From the human T2T-CHM13v2.0 reference genome, Homo sapiens, in the NCBI RefSeq assembly GCF_009914755.1, contig NC_060947.1: a stretch of 64,000 nt of DNA; one strand, 5' to 3'. Every line of letters begins with the position of its first letter. The first letter of the stretch is position 1. Below are positions 48,156 to 61,869 of the stretch, in pieces. Below the pieces are notes generated by a model. The model was not told the DNA's origin. It saw only the letters and a list, made by a program, of their open reading frames with translations, and searched no databases. The translations under genes were made by a program, and so were the position numbers.

Positions 48156-49178
48156 TTACAATTTGGTATGTTTTGCAGTGGCTGGTACCGGTTGTTTCTT
48201 TCCATGTTTAGTGCTTCCTTCAGGAGCTCTTGTAAGGCAGGCCTGGTGGTAACAAAATCTCTCAGCATTTGCTTGTCTGTAAAGGATTTTATGTCTCCTT
48301 TGCTTATGAAGCTTAGTTTGGCTGGATATGAAATTCTGGGTTGAAAATTCTTTTCTTTACGAATTTGAATTTTGGCCCCAACTCTCTTCTGGCTTGTAGT
48401 GTTTCTGCAGAGAGATCCACTGTTAGTCTGATGGGCTTCTCTTTTTGGATAACTCGACCTTTCTCTCTGGCTGCCCTTAACATTTTTTCCTCATTTCAAC
48501 GTTGATGAATCTGATTATTATGTGTCTTGGGGTTGCTCTTCTCAAGGAGTATCTTTGTGGTGTTCTCTGTATTTCCTGAATTTGAATGTTGGCCTCTCTT
48601 GCTAGGTTGGGGAAGTTCTCCTGGATAATATTCTGAAGAGTGTTTTCCAACTTGGTTCCATTTTCCTTGTCACTTTCAGGTACACCAATTAACTGTAGAT
48701 TTGGTCTTTTCACATAGTCCCATATTTCTTGGAGGCTTTGTTTATTCCTTTTTATTCTTTTTTCTCTAATCTTGTCTTCTCTGTTTATTTTATTAAATTG
48801 ATCTTCAATCACTGATATCCTTTCTTCTGCTTGATCAATTGGGCTATTGAAACTTGTGTATGCTTCACGAAGTTCTCGTGCTGTGTTTTTCAGCTCCATG
48901 AGGTCATTTATGTTCTTCTCTACACTGGGTATTCTAGTTAGCAATTCCTCTAAGCTTCTTTCAAGGTTCTTAGCATCCTTGCATTGGGTTAGAACATGCT
49001 TCTTTAGCTCAGAGGAGTTTGTTATTACCCACCTTCTGAAGCCTACTTCTGTCAATTTGTCAAACTCATTCTCCGTCCAGTTTTGTTCCCTTGCTGGCGA
49101 GAAGTTGTGATCCTTTGGAGGAGAAGAGGTGTTCTGGTTTTTGGAATTTTCAGACTTTTAGCGCTGGTTTCTCCCCAT
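48156..49178 (-). pseudogene. L1 ORF1p remnant
   Basis: MGRNQR followed by a premature stop; ORF 48477-49055 LQEIWDYVKRPNL..QENFPNLAR..TPRHIIIRF. Confidence 0.92.
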
Positions 49179-49860
49179 CTTTGTGGATTTATCTACCTTT
49201 GGTCTTTGATGTTGGTGACCTCGGATGGGGTCTTTGAGTGAACATGCTATTCCCTTCTGTTTGTTAGTTTTCCTTCTGACAGTCAGGCCCCTCTGCTGCC
49301 AGTCTGCTGAAGTTTGCTGGAGGTCCACTCCTGACCCTGTTTGCCTGGGTATCACCTGCAGAGGCTGCACAACAGCAAAGATTGCTGCCTGATCTTTCTT
49401 CTGAAAGCTTCGTCCCAGAGGGGGCACCTGCCAGATGCCAGCCAGAGCTCTCCTGTATGAGGTGTCTGTCGGCCCCTTTTGGGAGGTGTCTGCCAGTCAG
49501 GTACACGGGGGTCAAGGGCACACTTGAGGAGGCAGTCTCACCCTTAGCAGAGCTTGAATGCTGTGCTGGGAGGTCCGCTGCTCTCTTCAGTGCTGTCAGG
49601 CAGGGATGTTTAAATCTGCTGAAGCTGCGCCCACAGCCACCCCTTTCCCTAGGTGCTTTTTTCCAGGGAGATGGGGTTTTATCTATAAGTCCCTGACTGG
49701 GGCTACTGCCTTTTTTTCGGAGATACCCTCCCCAGAGCTGAGAAATTTGGCAGTCTGGCCACAGCAGCCTTGCTGAGCTGAAGTGGGCTCTGTCCCGTTT
49801 GAACTTCCCAGAGGGTTTGTTTACACTGTGAGCATAAAGCCACCTACTTAAGCATTAGCA

Positions 49861-50040
49861 ATGGCGGACGCCCCTCCCCCGACCAAGCTCGAGCATCCCA
49901 AGTCCATCTCAGACTGCTGCTGTGCTGGCAGCGAGAATTTCAAGCCAGTGGATCTTAGTTTGCTGGGCTCCATGGGGGTGGGACCCTCCGAGCCACATTA
50001 CTTGGCTCCCTGGCTTCAGCACCCCTTTCCAGGGGAGTGA
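49861..50040 (+). CDS. L1 antisense ORF0 homologue, 59 aa (expression unknown)
   Basis: gcaATGG context; my translation MADAPPPTKLEHPKSISDCCCAGSENFKPVDLSLLGSMGVGPSEPHYLAPWLQHPFPGE*, similar to the L1 ORF0 N-terminus (MAGAPPP..ISDCC..GVGPSEP). Confidence 0.4.
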   Translation: MADAPPPTKLEHPKSISDCCCAGSENFKPVDLSLLGSMGVGPSEPHYLAPWLQHPFPGE

Positions 50041-51139
50041 ACGGTTCTGTCTCACTGGCATTCCAAGTGCCACTGGGGTATGGAAAAAAAGAACTCCTGC
50101 AGCTAGTTCAGTGTCTGGCCAAATGGCCGCCTAGTTTTGTGCTTGAAACCCAGGGCCCTGGTGGGGTAGGCACCGGATGGAATCTCCTGGTTTGCGGGTT
50201 GTGAAGACCATGGGACAAGCGCAGTATCTGTGCTGAAGTTCCTCAGGCTCAGTCCCTCGCAGCTTCCCTTGGGTAGGGGAGAAAATTCCCCAAGCCCTTG
50301 AGCTTCCTGGGTGAGGCGATGGCCCACCCTGCTTTGGCTTGCCTTCCGTGGGCTGCACCCACTGTCCAACCAGTTCCAATGAGATTAACCGGGTACCTCA
50401 GTTGGAAACGCAGAAATCACCTGCCTTCTGCTTCAATCTCACTGGGAGATGCAGACCGGAGCTGTTCCTATTCAGTCATCTTGCCAGCAATCGGCTTTTC
50501 ATATTTTCTTCTGCTTATATTCCACCAAATTACATTGGTCTCTCTATTGCCGATTCTTAGTGTATTGTTTTAATTTCATTCAATGGATTTTATATTTGAA
50601 TGATATACCTCAGAGTGTGTTATGAGGTTGGGCTACTTTTTAAATCTCAGTCATACTTTAGCTCTCCCCACTTTTTTTTAACCCTTTTAATGTTTTCTTA
50701 TGGAAGGAAGTGTTATTATGAACCTGAATTTATAACACTTTCTTTTTTGGACTGTACCTTACTCTCAAGTTTGGTAATTTTATGGTAATAATTGGTGTTT
50801 CTTTTGTCTGTAGATAAAGTAAAATTTTCTTGGCTACCGCTTTTGAATAGTCCCTCCAATATTTAGATGTTCCTTTGGCATATAATCCTTACTTTAGCTT
50901 ATACCAAGTAGCTCTAAGTAGTAGAGTAATGAAAGTTGTAAAATATAAAAGAATTTGAGTTGGTCTTTTGATATATTTCTTGTGAAACTTCTCTTTTTTC
51001 ACATGACTTTGAATTGATACTTTCACAATTTCACATGAGAGTAAACGCTTGTATTCTTGCCCATGTGTCCTTTCTCTGTCTTTATTTACACCATTTAATG
51101 GTTTTTGGGGTGATTTTTAGCAAACCAATATAATTGGAA

Positions 51140-51410
51140 CTCATAACCGAACAAATATATTGCTCATTTCATATAGTCACCTTGCAAGACCATACACATA
51201 CTCTAGCAATGTTGACATTGCTGCAAATCTGAGTGGATTTCAATTTTCGGAGCTGTCATCAGAGCCAGCTGATATATCATGCAAAAAAATAACTTTCATC
51301 ATCTTGTAATTACACCTCAATTTGGACCTTATTTGGACAAGTAATACAAAATTTGTTTTCTAAACTTTTTTTTTTTTTTTGGACTTGACTTCCGAAGGTA
51401 ATTTACACCT
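51140..51410. mobile_element. Possible mariner-type (MARNA-like) remnant
   Basis: 'tagtcaccttgcaagaccatacatactctagcaatgttgacattgct..tcagagcc'; weak remembered similarity. Confidence 0.4.
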
Positions 51411-52310
51411 TCATGCTTTGGGTTCTTACTTCCGTTAGCCTTTCCTCCTCTGCCATATAAAGCAGTGATTTTAAGATAAGTGCTTTAATAATAAGTGCAC
51501 AAAATGGTATGTAACATGCTGTGGAATTTAATGTAAATCACAATATAAATTTTTAATGTTAACAATTATGTTATTTCTACATTAATGGTGTCTTATATAG
51601 AGTAATAAATGTGTTCATTGAACCGTTAGAGAGCAGTGTGTTTTTTGTTTCAACTGACAAATACCAAAGAGAGTTTGCATCAAGGGAGAAATTTTCAGAT
51701 TAGTGTCACAAATTATAGATCTCTGTGTTTCACTTGAAACATATTTGGAGATCCAAGCCAACAAGCCAAAATACCGTGTTTTTCACTGTGCTTAATTCAT
51801 CTTTCTTTCTTGCCTTTGGGGCTTTTCCACCTTTCTTTTCTGAGATGTCCTCTCTGTATCTGGATGCTTGGGGCTTCTCAAGACAGCACCCCACTTAGAG
51901 AATGGAGGCAAATCAAGATTTTTTTCCAAGTCAATTGATTACTTAATTCTGTTTTCAAAGTCTATCTCAGGCAAAATGGTGAAGTATATGGAGTGGATCC
52001 TCTGTTCACCTTCACCTCCCCATCGCTTCTGTTGGTCCTCTCAAACAGTCCCCTGTTGTCCCTCCTCTCTTTCTCTATGTCTCTTGCATCTTACTGGATC
52101 AAGACAGCACATCAGTTTTAGAGCTTTTTCTACATTTTTCCACCAATCCTATTGCCAATATTTCAGGACAGTTGTTCCCTGACAGTGACATTAAATTTAC
52201 AAGAAAATAAATTCCTACTGCTATGGTTGCTAATATATTTCTCCTCTCATGTAAGAAAAAAACCTAATCCAATAAAAACATTGTTTTAGTTCATTTTATT
52301 TTAAAAGACG

Positions 52311-53300
52311 TTTTATTTTTAATTTATCTGGGTACATAGTAGGTATACATTTTTATGGAGTACAAAGGCTTTATTTTTAATTTATCTGGGTACATAGTAG
52401 GTATACATTTTTATGGAGTACATAAGATGTTTTGATATAGGCATGCAATGTGAAATAAGCACATCATGGAGAATGGGGGTATCCATCCCCTCAAGCATTT
52501 ATCCTTTGAGTTACAAACAATCTTATTATGCTCTTTAAAATGTAGAATTAAGTTATTATTGACTATAGTCTAAATACTAGATCTCATTCATTCTTTCTAT
52601 TTATTTTGTACCCATTACCCATCCCCACCTTGCCCCCTCAATCCTCCCACTACCTTTCTCAGCCTCTGGTAACCATCCTTCTACTCTGTATGTCCATGAG
52701 TTCCATTGTTTTGATTTTTAGACCCCACAAGTAAGTGAGAACATATCATGTTTGTCTTTCTGTGCCTGGCTTATTTCACTTCACATAATGATCTCCAGTT
52801 CCATCCATGTTGTTGCAAATGACAGGATCTCATTCTTTTTTATGGCTGAATAGAACTTCATTGTGTATATATACCACATTTTCTTTACCTGCTCATCTAT
52901 TAATGGACACTTAGTTTGCTTCTAAATCTTAACCGCTGTGAACAGTGCTGCAACAAACAGGAGTGCAGATATCTCTTTGATCTACTGATTTCCTTACTTT
53001 TACATATATACTTAGGAGTGGGATTACTGGATTGTATGGTAGCTATATTTATAGTTTTTTGATGAAACTCCAAACTGTTCTCCATAGTAGTTGTACTACC
53101 TGACATTCCCACAGACAGTGTACAAGGGTTCCCCTTTCTCCACATCCTTACCAACATTTGTTATTGCTTGCCTTTTGGGTGTAAGCCATTTTAGCTGGGG
53201 CGAGATGATATCTAAATGTAGTTTTGATTTGTATTTCTCTCATGATCAGTGATGTTGAGCACCTTTTCATATACCTGTTTGCTATTTGTATGTCTTCTTT
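52311..53300 (-). mobile_element. L1MA2/3-type 3' fragment with duplicated tip
   Basis: 'gggtacatagtaggtatacatttttatgg..atccatcccctcaagcatttatcc..gactatagtc'; ORF2 C-terminal peptides. Confidence 0.9.
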
Positions 53301-53386
53301 TACAGTCAAAACTTCCTTAGGTAAACTCATTCAGGTTGATGAAAATGGTCTTGGACTTTCCAGGATCATGGAAGTAAGACTGGAGA

Positions 53387-53455
53387 AAAAGGAACCTTTT
53401 GAGCTTTTCAAAGCACAGCTTGTGCTTTGAAATAATGCTATGTAATAGCATTATT
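53387..53455. repeat. Three consecutive perfect hairpins
   Basis: aaaagg/cctttt; tttcaaagcaca/tgtgctttgaaa; aataatgctat/atagcattatt. Confidence 0.9.
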
Positions 53456-53789
53456 CCTGATGGATGTACTTGAATAAAACTCCAAAACATCAAGACAATG
53501 TATCTGATAGACTTGTAGTTTGGATATAACTATAAGCAGTTGGAGATGAAAAACTTGTGAATATCTTATTACGGTTCTATAAATAATAGCATCATCTTCT
53601 CAATGGAAGAAAACAGAACTTTCTTCCTCTTTGGCATTTATGTAAAATGAATGACTTCTACATATGCCAATATATTTTTGTAGTTTATCTTCTGCCATCC
53701 ACTGAGTCTAATTGAGCTACTTTCACTAACGGTATTATTATAGGCCAATGTGGTATTATGTTCTCTGATTGGGAATTATACCAAAAGAA

Positions 53790-54030
53790 AAATAGTAATA
53801 GCATTCTATGTTAGTGTAGAGCTTTTACAATTTTCAATACCTATCCTCATCTATAACTTCATTCTCTCTTCCAAACACTTCTGCCAGTTAGGGAGCATGA
53901 GTATAATCCATACTTTATTGATGAGAAAATTGAAGCACAGAAGCTGTGACTTGTGCGTGAGTGCATAGCTAATTAGCGGCAGAACTGGAATGAGTGTTTT
54001 TAAATATTACTGTTGTATACCACACTGCAT
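53790..54030 (-). mobile_element. MIR
   Basis: 'ccatactttattgatgagaaaattgaagcacagaagctgtgacttg..gctaattagcggcagaactgg'. Confidence 0.75.
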
Positions 54031-54558
54031 CTACTGCAAACAAGTAAAACCAGAGGGAAAATGAGAGCAAACTGTTGATTTTTATTTTCTTTTTCCATTT
54101 AAAGTCAGAGCACTCATCATAATAATATCAATAATCAGTACTTTTGGGCTGTTCTCATCTATCCAAAAGTAGGAATATATTAAACACCTACTGTTTGTCC
54201 AGCATGGCTTAGAGATTCATGAAGGCTAATGCTGTCACCAACTGGTGACCAGAGAAAGTTCAGAAGCTCTTCCTATAATCCTTATTTACTTTCACAAAGT
54301 GACTAGGGATGGGAAGAATAGGATAATTACTCAATACTAAGACAATTGCATTTTCCTATAAACTGGTTCTAATTGTCACAGCCAAGGTTCCACCTTTATC
54401 TATTTTATAATAAATAACACTAATATTATTAAGTTGTTATATAGTGGAGTATTTTACTTTAAAAATACTTCAGTATATACAGTGTAGTATAAACGTGCAC
54501 AATTAAGACAATTTCACTGTAGGGATAGTTAATTAGCATTTAAAGTACTTTAAATTGG

Positions 54559-55313
54559 CTGAAACTACAACAATTCTAGAAGATAACATTGGAAAAACCC
54601 TTCTAGATATTGGCTTAGGCAAGGATTTAATGACCAAGAACCCAAAAGCAAATGCAATAAAAACAAAGACAAATAGCTGGTACCTAATCAAACTAAAGAG
54701 CTTTTGCACGGCAAAAGGAACAGTCAACAGAGTATACACAAAACCCACAGAGTGGGAGAAAATCTTCACTATCTATACATCTGACAAAGGACTAATATCC
54801 AGAATCTACAACGAACGCAAACAAATCAGTAAGAAAAAAAACAAACAATCCCATCAAAAAGTGGGCTAAGGACATGAATAGACAATTCTCAAAAAAGATA
54901 TACAGATGGCCAACAAACATATGAAAAAATGCTCAACATCACTAATGGTCAGGGAAATGCAAATCAAAACCACAATGCGATATCACCTTACTCCTGCAAG
55001 AATGGCCATAATCAAAAAATGAAAAAACAGTAGATGTTGGCATGGATGCAGTGAACAGGGAACACTTCTACACTGCCAGTGGGAATGTAAACTAGTACAG
55101 CCAATATGGAAAACAGTGTAGCGGTTCCTTAAATAACTGAAAATAGAACTACCATTTGATCCAGCAATCCCACTAAGGGGTATCTATCCAGAGGAAAAGA
55201 AGTCATTTGAAAAAGATAATTGCACACACATGTTTATAGCACCACAATTCACAATTGCAAAATTGTGGAACCAACCCAAATGCCCATCAATCAACTAGTG
55301 GAAAAAGAAACTG

Positions 55314-55349
<36 letters not shown>

Positions 55350-55769
55350 GTAAAGGAATACTATGCAGCCATAAAATGGAATTAATTAACAGCATTTGCA
55401 GTGACCTGGATGAGATTGGAGACTATTATTCTAAGTGAAGTAACTCAGGAATGGAAAACCAAACATCGTATGCGCTCACTGATATGTGGGAGCTAAGCTA
55501 TGAGGACACAAAGGCATAAGAGTGATACAATGGACTTTGGAGACTTGTGGGGAAGAGTAGGAGGGGGGTGAGGGACAAAAGGCTACAAATAGGTGCAGTG
55601 TATACTGCTTGGGTGATGGGTGTACCAAACTCTCACAAATCACCGCTAAAGAACTTACTCATGTACTCATGTAACAAAATACCACCTGCAACCCAATAAC
55701 CCAATAACTTAAGGAAAAAATAAATTAAAAAATAAATAAATATATAAACATAAAAATAAATAAATAAGC
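54559..55769 (+). mobile_element. 5'-truncated L1PB1-like element
   Basis: [27 protein letters not shown]; L1PB 3'UTR; TSD aaagtactttaaattgg 54542-54558 / aaagcactttaaattgg 55770-55786. Confidence 0.93.
55314..55349. repeat. (TA)n microsatellite within L1PB
   Basis: Direct reading. Confidence 0.9.
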
Positions 55770-55944
55770 AAAGCACTTTAAATTGGAATCCACAAATTAG
55801 AAATGGCTACTTAGCATTTCAAATATTATGATCAAAATCCATACTGGAGAATTTGTATTTAGAATAAGAGACATTAGAAATATATTTCATTGATATTCAG
55901 GAGAGATGGTTGGTTAGAAAGGCAGTAAGGTCCTATGACCTTAC

Positions 55945-56108
55945 CAGAACCAGGTATAAGAATATTGTGAGCCTGGCAACTATGATTCTCTGTGCAAAAC
56001 TCAATATCCAAAAGTCCATTGATTCCATATTCCTCCACTTCACAGAGGACTCTGCCTCTTGTTGTGAGTACCACACTGGCTGCCCCTGCTCTAGGAATAT
56101 CATTGCGC
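55945..56108 (-). other. Candidate exon (164 nt)
   Basis: Minus strand: branch-like gactaac about 30 nt upstream, ttacttttggacag acceptor, CTG|gtaagg donor; unique, relatively GC-rich, two open frames. Confidence 0.4.
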
Positions 56109-56394
56109 CTGTCCAAAAGTAAATCTTTTCTGCAAAGTGTTAGTCTGTGTGTCTCAGGGCAGAGAGTGGGAATTAACCTGGGCTGCATGCAGTTATGTTT
56201 TTGTAATTATAAATATTTTGTGCACGTGACAAAATTTGCAAAGCTTGTTTTCAATGTAGCATACCACATGATGGTGAGGTCTTGCCATAGGAAATCTACA
56301 GCCCCCACCAAATGGCGACTACCAAAAGCTTCCTTTAATACCAAAAAGACCTGATAATTGCTAAATAACAAAATTACTTTAGGACTTTTTAAAA

Positions 56395-56680
56395 AGACTG
56401 CTTATGATGTGCCAGACACTCTCTTAAGTATATTGCCTATTTCCTCTTATTTAGTCTTTAAATCAAATCTATAATTTGTAGAGTTTTTACAAATTTTATT
56501 TTTATCATCTTCATTTTTCTGAAATCAGACAAGATCAGGTGTGTTCAGGGTGGTATGGCTGTAGACTCTTCCTCATTTTTCTGATGAGGAAACTGAGGCT
56601 TAGAGAGATTAGGTAACTTGTCCAAGATTTCCAAGCTGGTATTAGAGCTGAAATTCTTATTCAGATCTATTTGCTCCAAA
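56395..56680 (-). mobile_element. MIR split by the 5S retrocopy
   Basis: 'tgtgccagacactctc..' and 'ctcatttttctgatgaggaaactgaggcttagagagattaggtaacttgtccaag'. Confidence 0.85.
56517..56566 (-). pseudogene. 5S rRNA 5' fragment (about nt 1-50), tailless retropseudogene
   Basis: Minus strand gtctacagccataccaccctgaacacacctgatcttgtctgatttcagaa vs 5S gtctacggccataccaccctgaacgcgcccgatctcgtctgatctcggaa; flanked by a TSD. Confidence 0.93.
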
Positions 56681-56855
56681 ATGTAAACATGGGCTTGTGT
56701 TTGCCAAAATGTAAGATGTGTAGCTTGGTGGTATACAATAATTATTTCAGGTGATACACAGACATAACCTTTAAAAATAATAATTCAGTAAAAAAGCAAT
56801 TTCTTTTTATAATCTTTTACTTTTCTGATTGCCCAATTAAAAATGACTCACATTA

Positions 56856-56984
56856 GGCCAAGTGTGGTGACTCATGCCTGCAATCCCAGCACTTTAGGAG
56901 GCCGAGGTGGGCAGATTGTTTGAGCCCAGGAGTTCAAAACCAGCCTGGGCAACATAGTGAGCCTCTGTCTCAAAAAAGAAAAAA
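56856..56984 (+). mobile_element. FLAM_C-like left Alu monomer
   Basis: Single left arm plus A tail; perfect 16-bp TSD aaaaatgactcacatt 56839-56854 / 56985-57000. Confidence 0.92.
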
Positions 56985-57331
56985 AAAAATGACTCACATT
57001 CAAGTGACTCTCTTTCATATTACTCTATTTTATCTTCTTTAAGGAATTTGTTCTAGCTCAAATTAACCTGCATATTTATTTGAATTAATTGCTTTTTAAA
57101 AATCTTCACTCACTAGGATCCCAAGGAGACTAGTATCTTGAGTATCCATGTACATAGTAAGAGCTCAACAAATATCAATTTTATGAATAGATGAATGTAT
57201 TGTGTCAAAAAGAAAGTTCCAATTTGGTGCTAATGAATCATTAACATCTTTTTATTATTTGCTAATTTTTCCTTTTAATAGAGAGCAAGCAGGCTTGGGG
57301 TGAGAACATTTGACAGAAGTATGTAGATAGA

Positions 57332-57628
57332 GGCTGGTCACAGTGGCTCACACCTGTAATCCTAGCGCTTTGGGAGGTCAAGGCAGGTGGATTGCACGAG
57401 CTCAGGAGTTCTAGACCAGCCTGGGCAGCATTGTAAAACCCCATCTCTACAAAAAATACAAAAAAAAGTAGCCGAGTGTGATGGTCTGTGCCTCTAGTCC
57501 CAGCTACTTGATAGGGGGGGTGAGGTGGGAGGATCTCTTGAGCCCAGGAGGTCAAGGCTGCAGTGAGCTGAGATCACACCACTGCACTCCAGCCTGGGGG
57601 ACAAAGTGGGACCCTTTCTCAAAAAAAA
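57332..57628 (+). mobile_element. AluJ
   Basis: Dimeric Alu; TSD-like agaagtatgtagataga / agaagtacctagttaga. Confidence 0.93.
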
Positions 57629-58559
57629 GAGAAGTACCTAGTTAGAAATTATACCTGTTCTTTATCACTAGCAATGCTGAATTTCTATTCAAGCTGCTTC
57701 CTTTTAAAATAAAGTTATGTAATTACAAAATATGAGTGTGTTAAAAGAAAAAAATTAAGTAAATAAGTGTACAGGCATTGGGAATGTATGGCAATGATTG
57801 TGAATGTTACATGTCATCATCAATGAAAATAGAATATTTTGTAGTAGAGAAATAAATAAAATGTGCTTTAAAGTGCACTTCAGTAATTCAGTTGAATATT
57901 AAATCTCTAGAGGAGCTCCAAAAGAGTTCTATATCATGATTTCTACTCTCAGTTCAAAAGGGAAGGCAACATGTATTGAATGATGCTATTCTAAATGATC
58001 AAGAATCCTATATAATGCAGAAGAAAATTTTTAAAAAGAGCGAAATCAATTTGGGCTTGAGTAGACAGGAAAAAATAGCTTTGTAGTTGTGGAATTCAGT
58101 TGTGTTCTAAAAACAGAATTTTACTACACACCCACCTACTGATTTAACCAATATCAATTGAAAATCCACAGTAAGGAAAATAATGTACCAGGCATTCTTG
58201 CGCAAAGTAACCTAAAAGAGCTTCCTCTTGCTCTGAAGACAATCACAATACAGTGGAGAATTGACTTACAGTGCTTATCTCCTATGTAAGTTCATATAAA
58301 GTAAACTGATTCAGAAAAAAAATGACCAATTGCACCTATGGAGGGATGATCAAATCAAGAATAACTTCCTACAGGTGATAGCTTTTGAGGTAAGTCTTTA
58401 AGGTTGAATAACAATATTTGCATAGTTGGGTGAAGGAAGGATAGATGACAAACTAAGCTGAATAAAAGTGGAGACAGGAGTCAACATGGTGTGTTAGAGA
58501 GATGAAAGGGAAGCTGGCTTGATAGGCTCAGATGGAAACTGACTTTATTTATGTGGACA

Positions 58560-59782
<1,223 letters not shown>

Positions 59783-59856
59783 AATAAGATTTTTGAGTAC
59801 TTTGCATGCCAGGATGAGGAGAGTGAATCTAAGAGATGTATTGAATGAAGAAGTAA

Positions 59857-60228
<372 letters not shown>

Positions 60229-60660
60229 TTATAGGATGTAAATTCCAGGATAAATTTCTGTGCTAAGTGATATGCTAGTGGCTCGAGAGCAATTGTTCTT
60301 CTAGGGATGAACTTTGTGTTTCTCTACAATCTGCTCCTATAAATGAGAAGTATAGAGAAACCATAAAATGGTTCATAAAATCTTTGTTAAAGGCATATTT
60401 ACATTTACTTAATCCTTCATGATAATTAGATGCCCATTATCATATTCAGATACTGTGTTCCAATATTTAGGTACCTGTGAATAGAATGATTACTACCTTA
60501 TTTTGCAGCAAACTGACTGATACAGATTAATAGTATCATGTGGGACACTGCCAAGCCTATAGAAGCTAAGGAGTAATAAAGAATGGTTAAGGAAAATGTT
60601 CTAATATGCTAAATGGTAAAAAAAATACAGTTCATTTTAGAGTTTATCAGCTAAATTCAC

Positions 60661-60746
60661 CTTGAAACTAAAATTTTATGGAAGAGTGAACTCTGGATAA
60701 TGCTGCAGAATAAAAGCTTGGAGCCAGGTTTAACCGACGAGTAATT
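60661..60746 (-). other. Candidate exon (86 nt)
   Basis: Minus strand: tttttttggtgtatttcttttccccag acceptor; AAG|gtgaat donor; retains two CpGs. Confidence 0.35.
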
Positions 60747-61209
60747 CTGGGGAAAAGAAATACACCAAAAAAAAATTTTTATCCCTAGTACATTAACCAT
60801 TTCTATGGTACACCCTGGATGACTCTAGAGAATATCATTTACCTTCTGAAAGGTGAAGCAACAGGTAATACCGAGGAATTAGATAAAGCAACAAAAATAA
60901 GATGGCTTTTAGTTTGTTTTTCTGTTCTTTTGTTTTGCTTTAGACAGTAACTTATATTGAAGTTCAGCCAGTACAACCAAATTATTTTTTAGTGTTTATT
61001 AGTGTTCACTGAATAGAGGTAACTAATAATGGTCACTGTATCTGAGCATCTACAATTAGCCATTCTAACTTGTTCTCTGCCTTTCCAGTTTCTAGCAAAG
61101 CCTCCAAATTAGAGTTGCAAATTTACTCACATTATAGCTCACATGGAAAAAGAAAATGAAATGACTCTCAGAATGCAAGAGTCTTTAGAGAAATAGCAAC
61201 AAAATGGAA

Positions 61210-61580
61210 TGTATAGACAGTGTTGGACTCTTAGTTGGAACTAAATTAAATGTAAAATGTTTCGAGAAAATAAGATAAATTTAAATATGGACTGGGAATA
61301 ATATGGAATTAGTGTTAATTTTGGGGGGGTGTGGAAATGGCATGGTATATATGTTAGTATAAAGTCTTTATCAATTAGATAATGCATACCAGAGTTTTTG
61401 TGAGTGAGATGACATGATATCTGGTATTATTTTAAAAATAATCCTGCATCCATACATACAGAGTTCAGACTTAAGAGATGAAACAAAATTAGTAAAATGT
61501 TGATAATCATTGAAACCGGGTAATGTGGACAGAAGAGTTTATCACACTATTCTCTGCTTTTGTGCAAGTTTGGAAAGACA
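61210..61580 (+). mobile_element. L1MC/ME-like 3' fragment
   Basis: 'aaatttaaatatggactgg..ggaattagtgttaatttt..aaaatgttgataatcattgaaaccgggtaatg..cactattctctgcttttgtg'. Confidence 0.7.
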
Positions 61581-61869
61581 GAGACTTAGTTTTTTCATCC
61601 TCATTGTTTCCCTTTACTCTTCGTTGTGGCCCCAGCACCTCATCCCTCCTTCTTCCTCAGTAGTATATTTAGAGGAGGACATGCTAATACAGGCTGGGAA
61701 AAAATCTGAAAGTTATCCATAGATACATTACATACAAGGGTTTACACATACTGCCACGGAGAAATCAGAAATACATTTAGGCAATATTACCTCTTAGATA
61801 TAATTTTAGGTGATGAATTTTTAAAAATTGAGTTCATACTAATGAAGAACTTTGGTTGAATAAAATATT

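Larger units (their letters stand above)
56690..57810 (+). mobile_element. MER113-like hAT-Charlie remnant interrupted by FLAM, L2 piece and Alu
   Basis: 'ggtggtatacaataattatttcaggtgatacacagaca' and 'aaagaaaaaaattaagtaaataagtgtacagg..tatggcaa'. Confidence 0.5.

Noticed and set aside
49850-50000. CpG-island promoter of a host gene
   Set aside because: The CpG-richer segments belong to the L1 5'UTR (and AluY at 59.9 kb); no non-repeat CpG island is present in the window.
60837-60880. Minus-strand ttcacctttcag|AAG|gtaaat as a 3-nt microexon or recursive site
   Set aside because: The donor is weak and nothing independent supports it; at most an alternative acceptor for candidate exon A.
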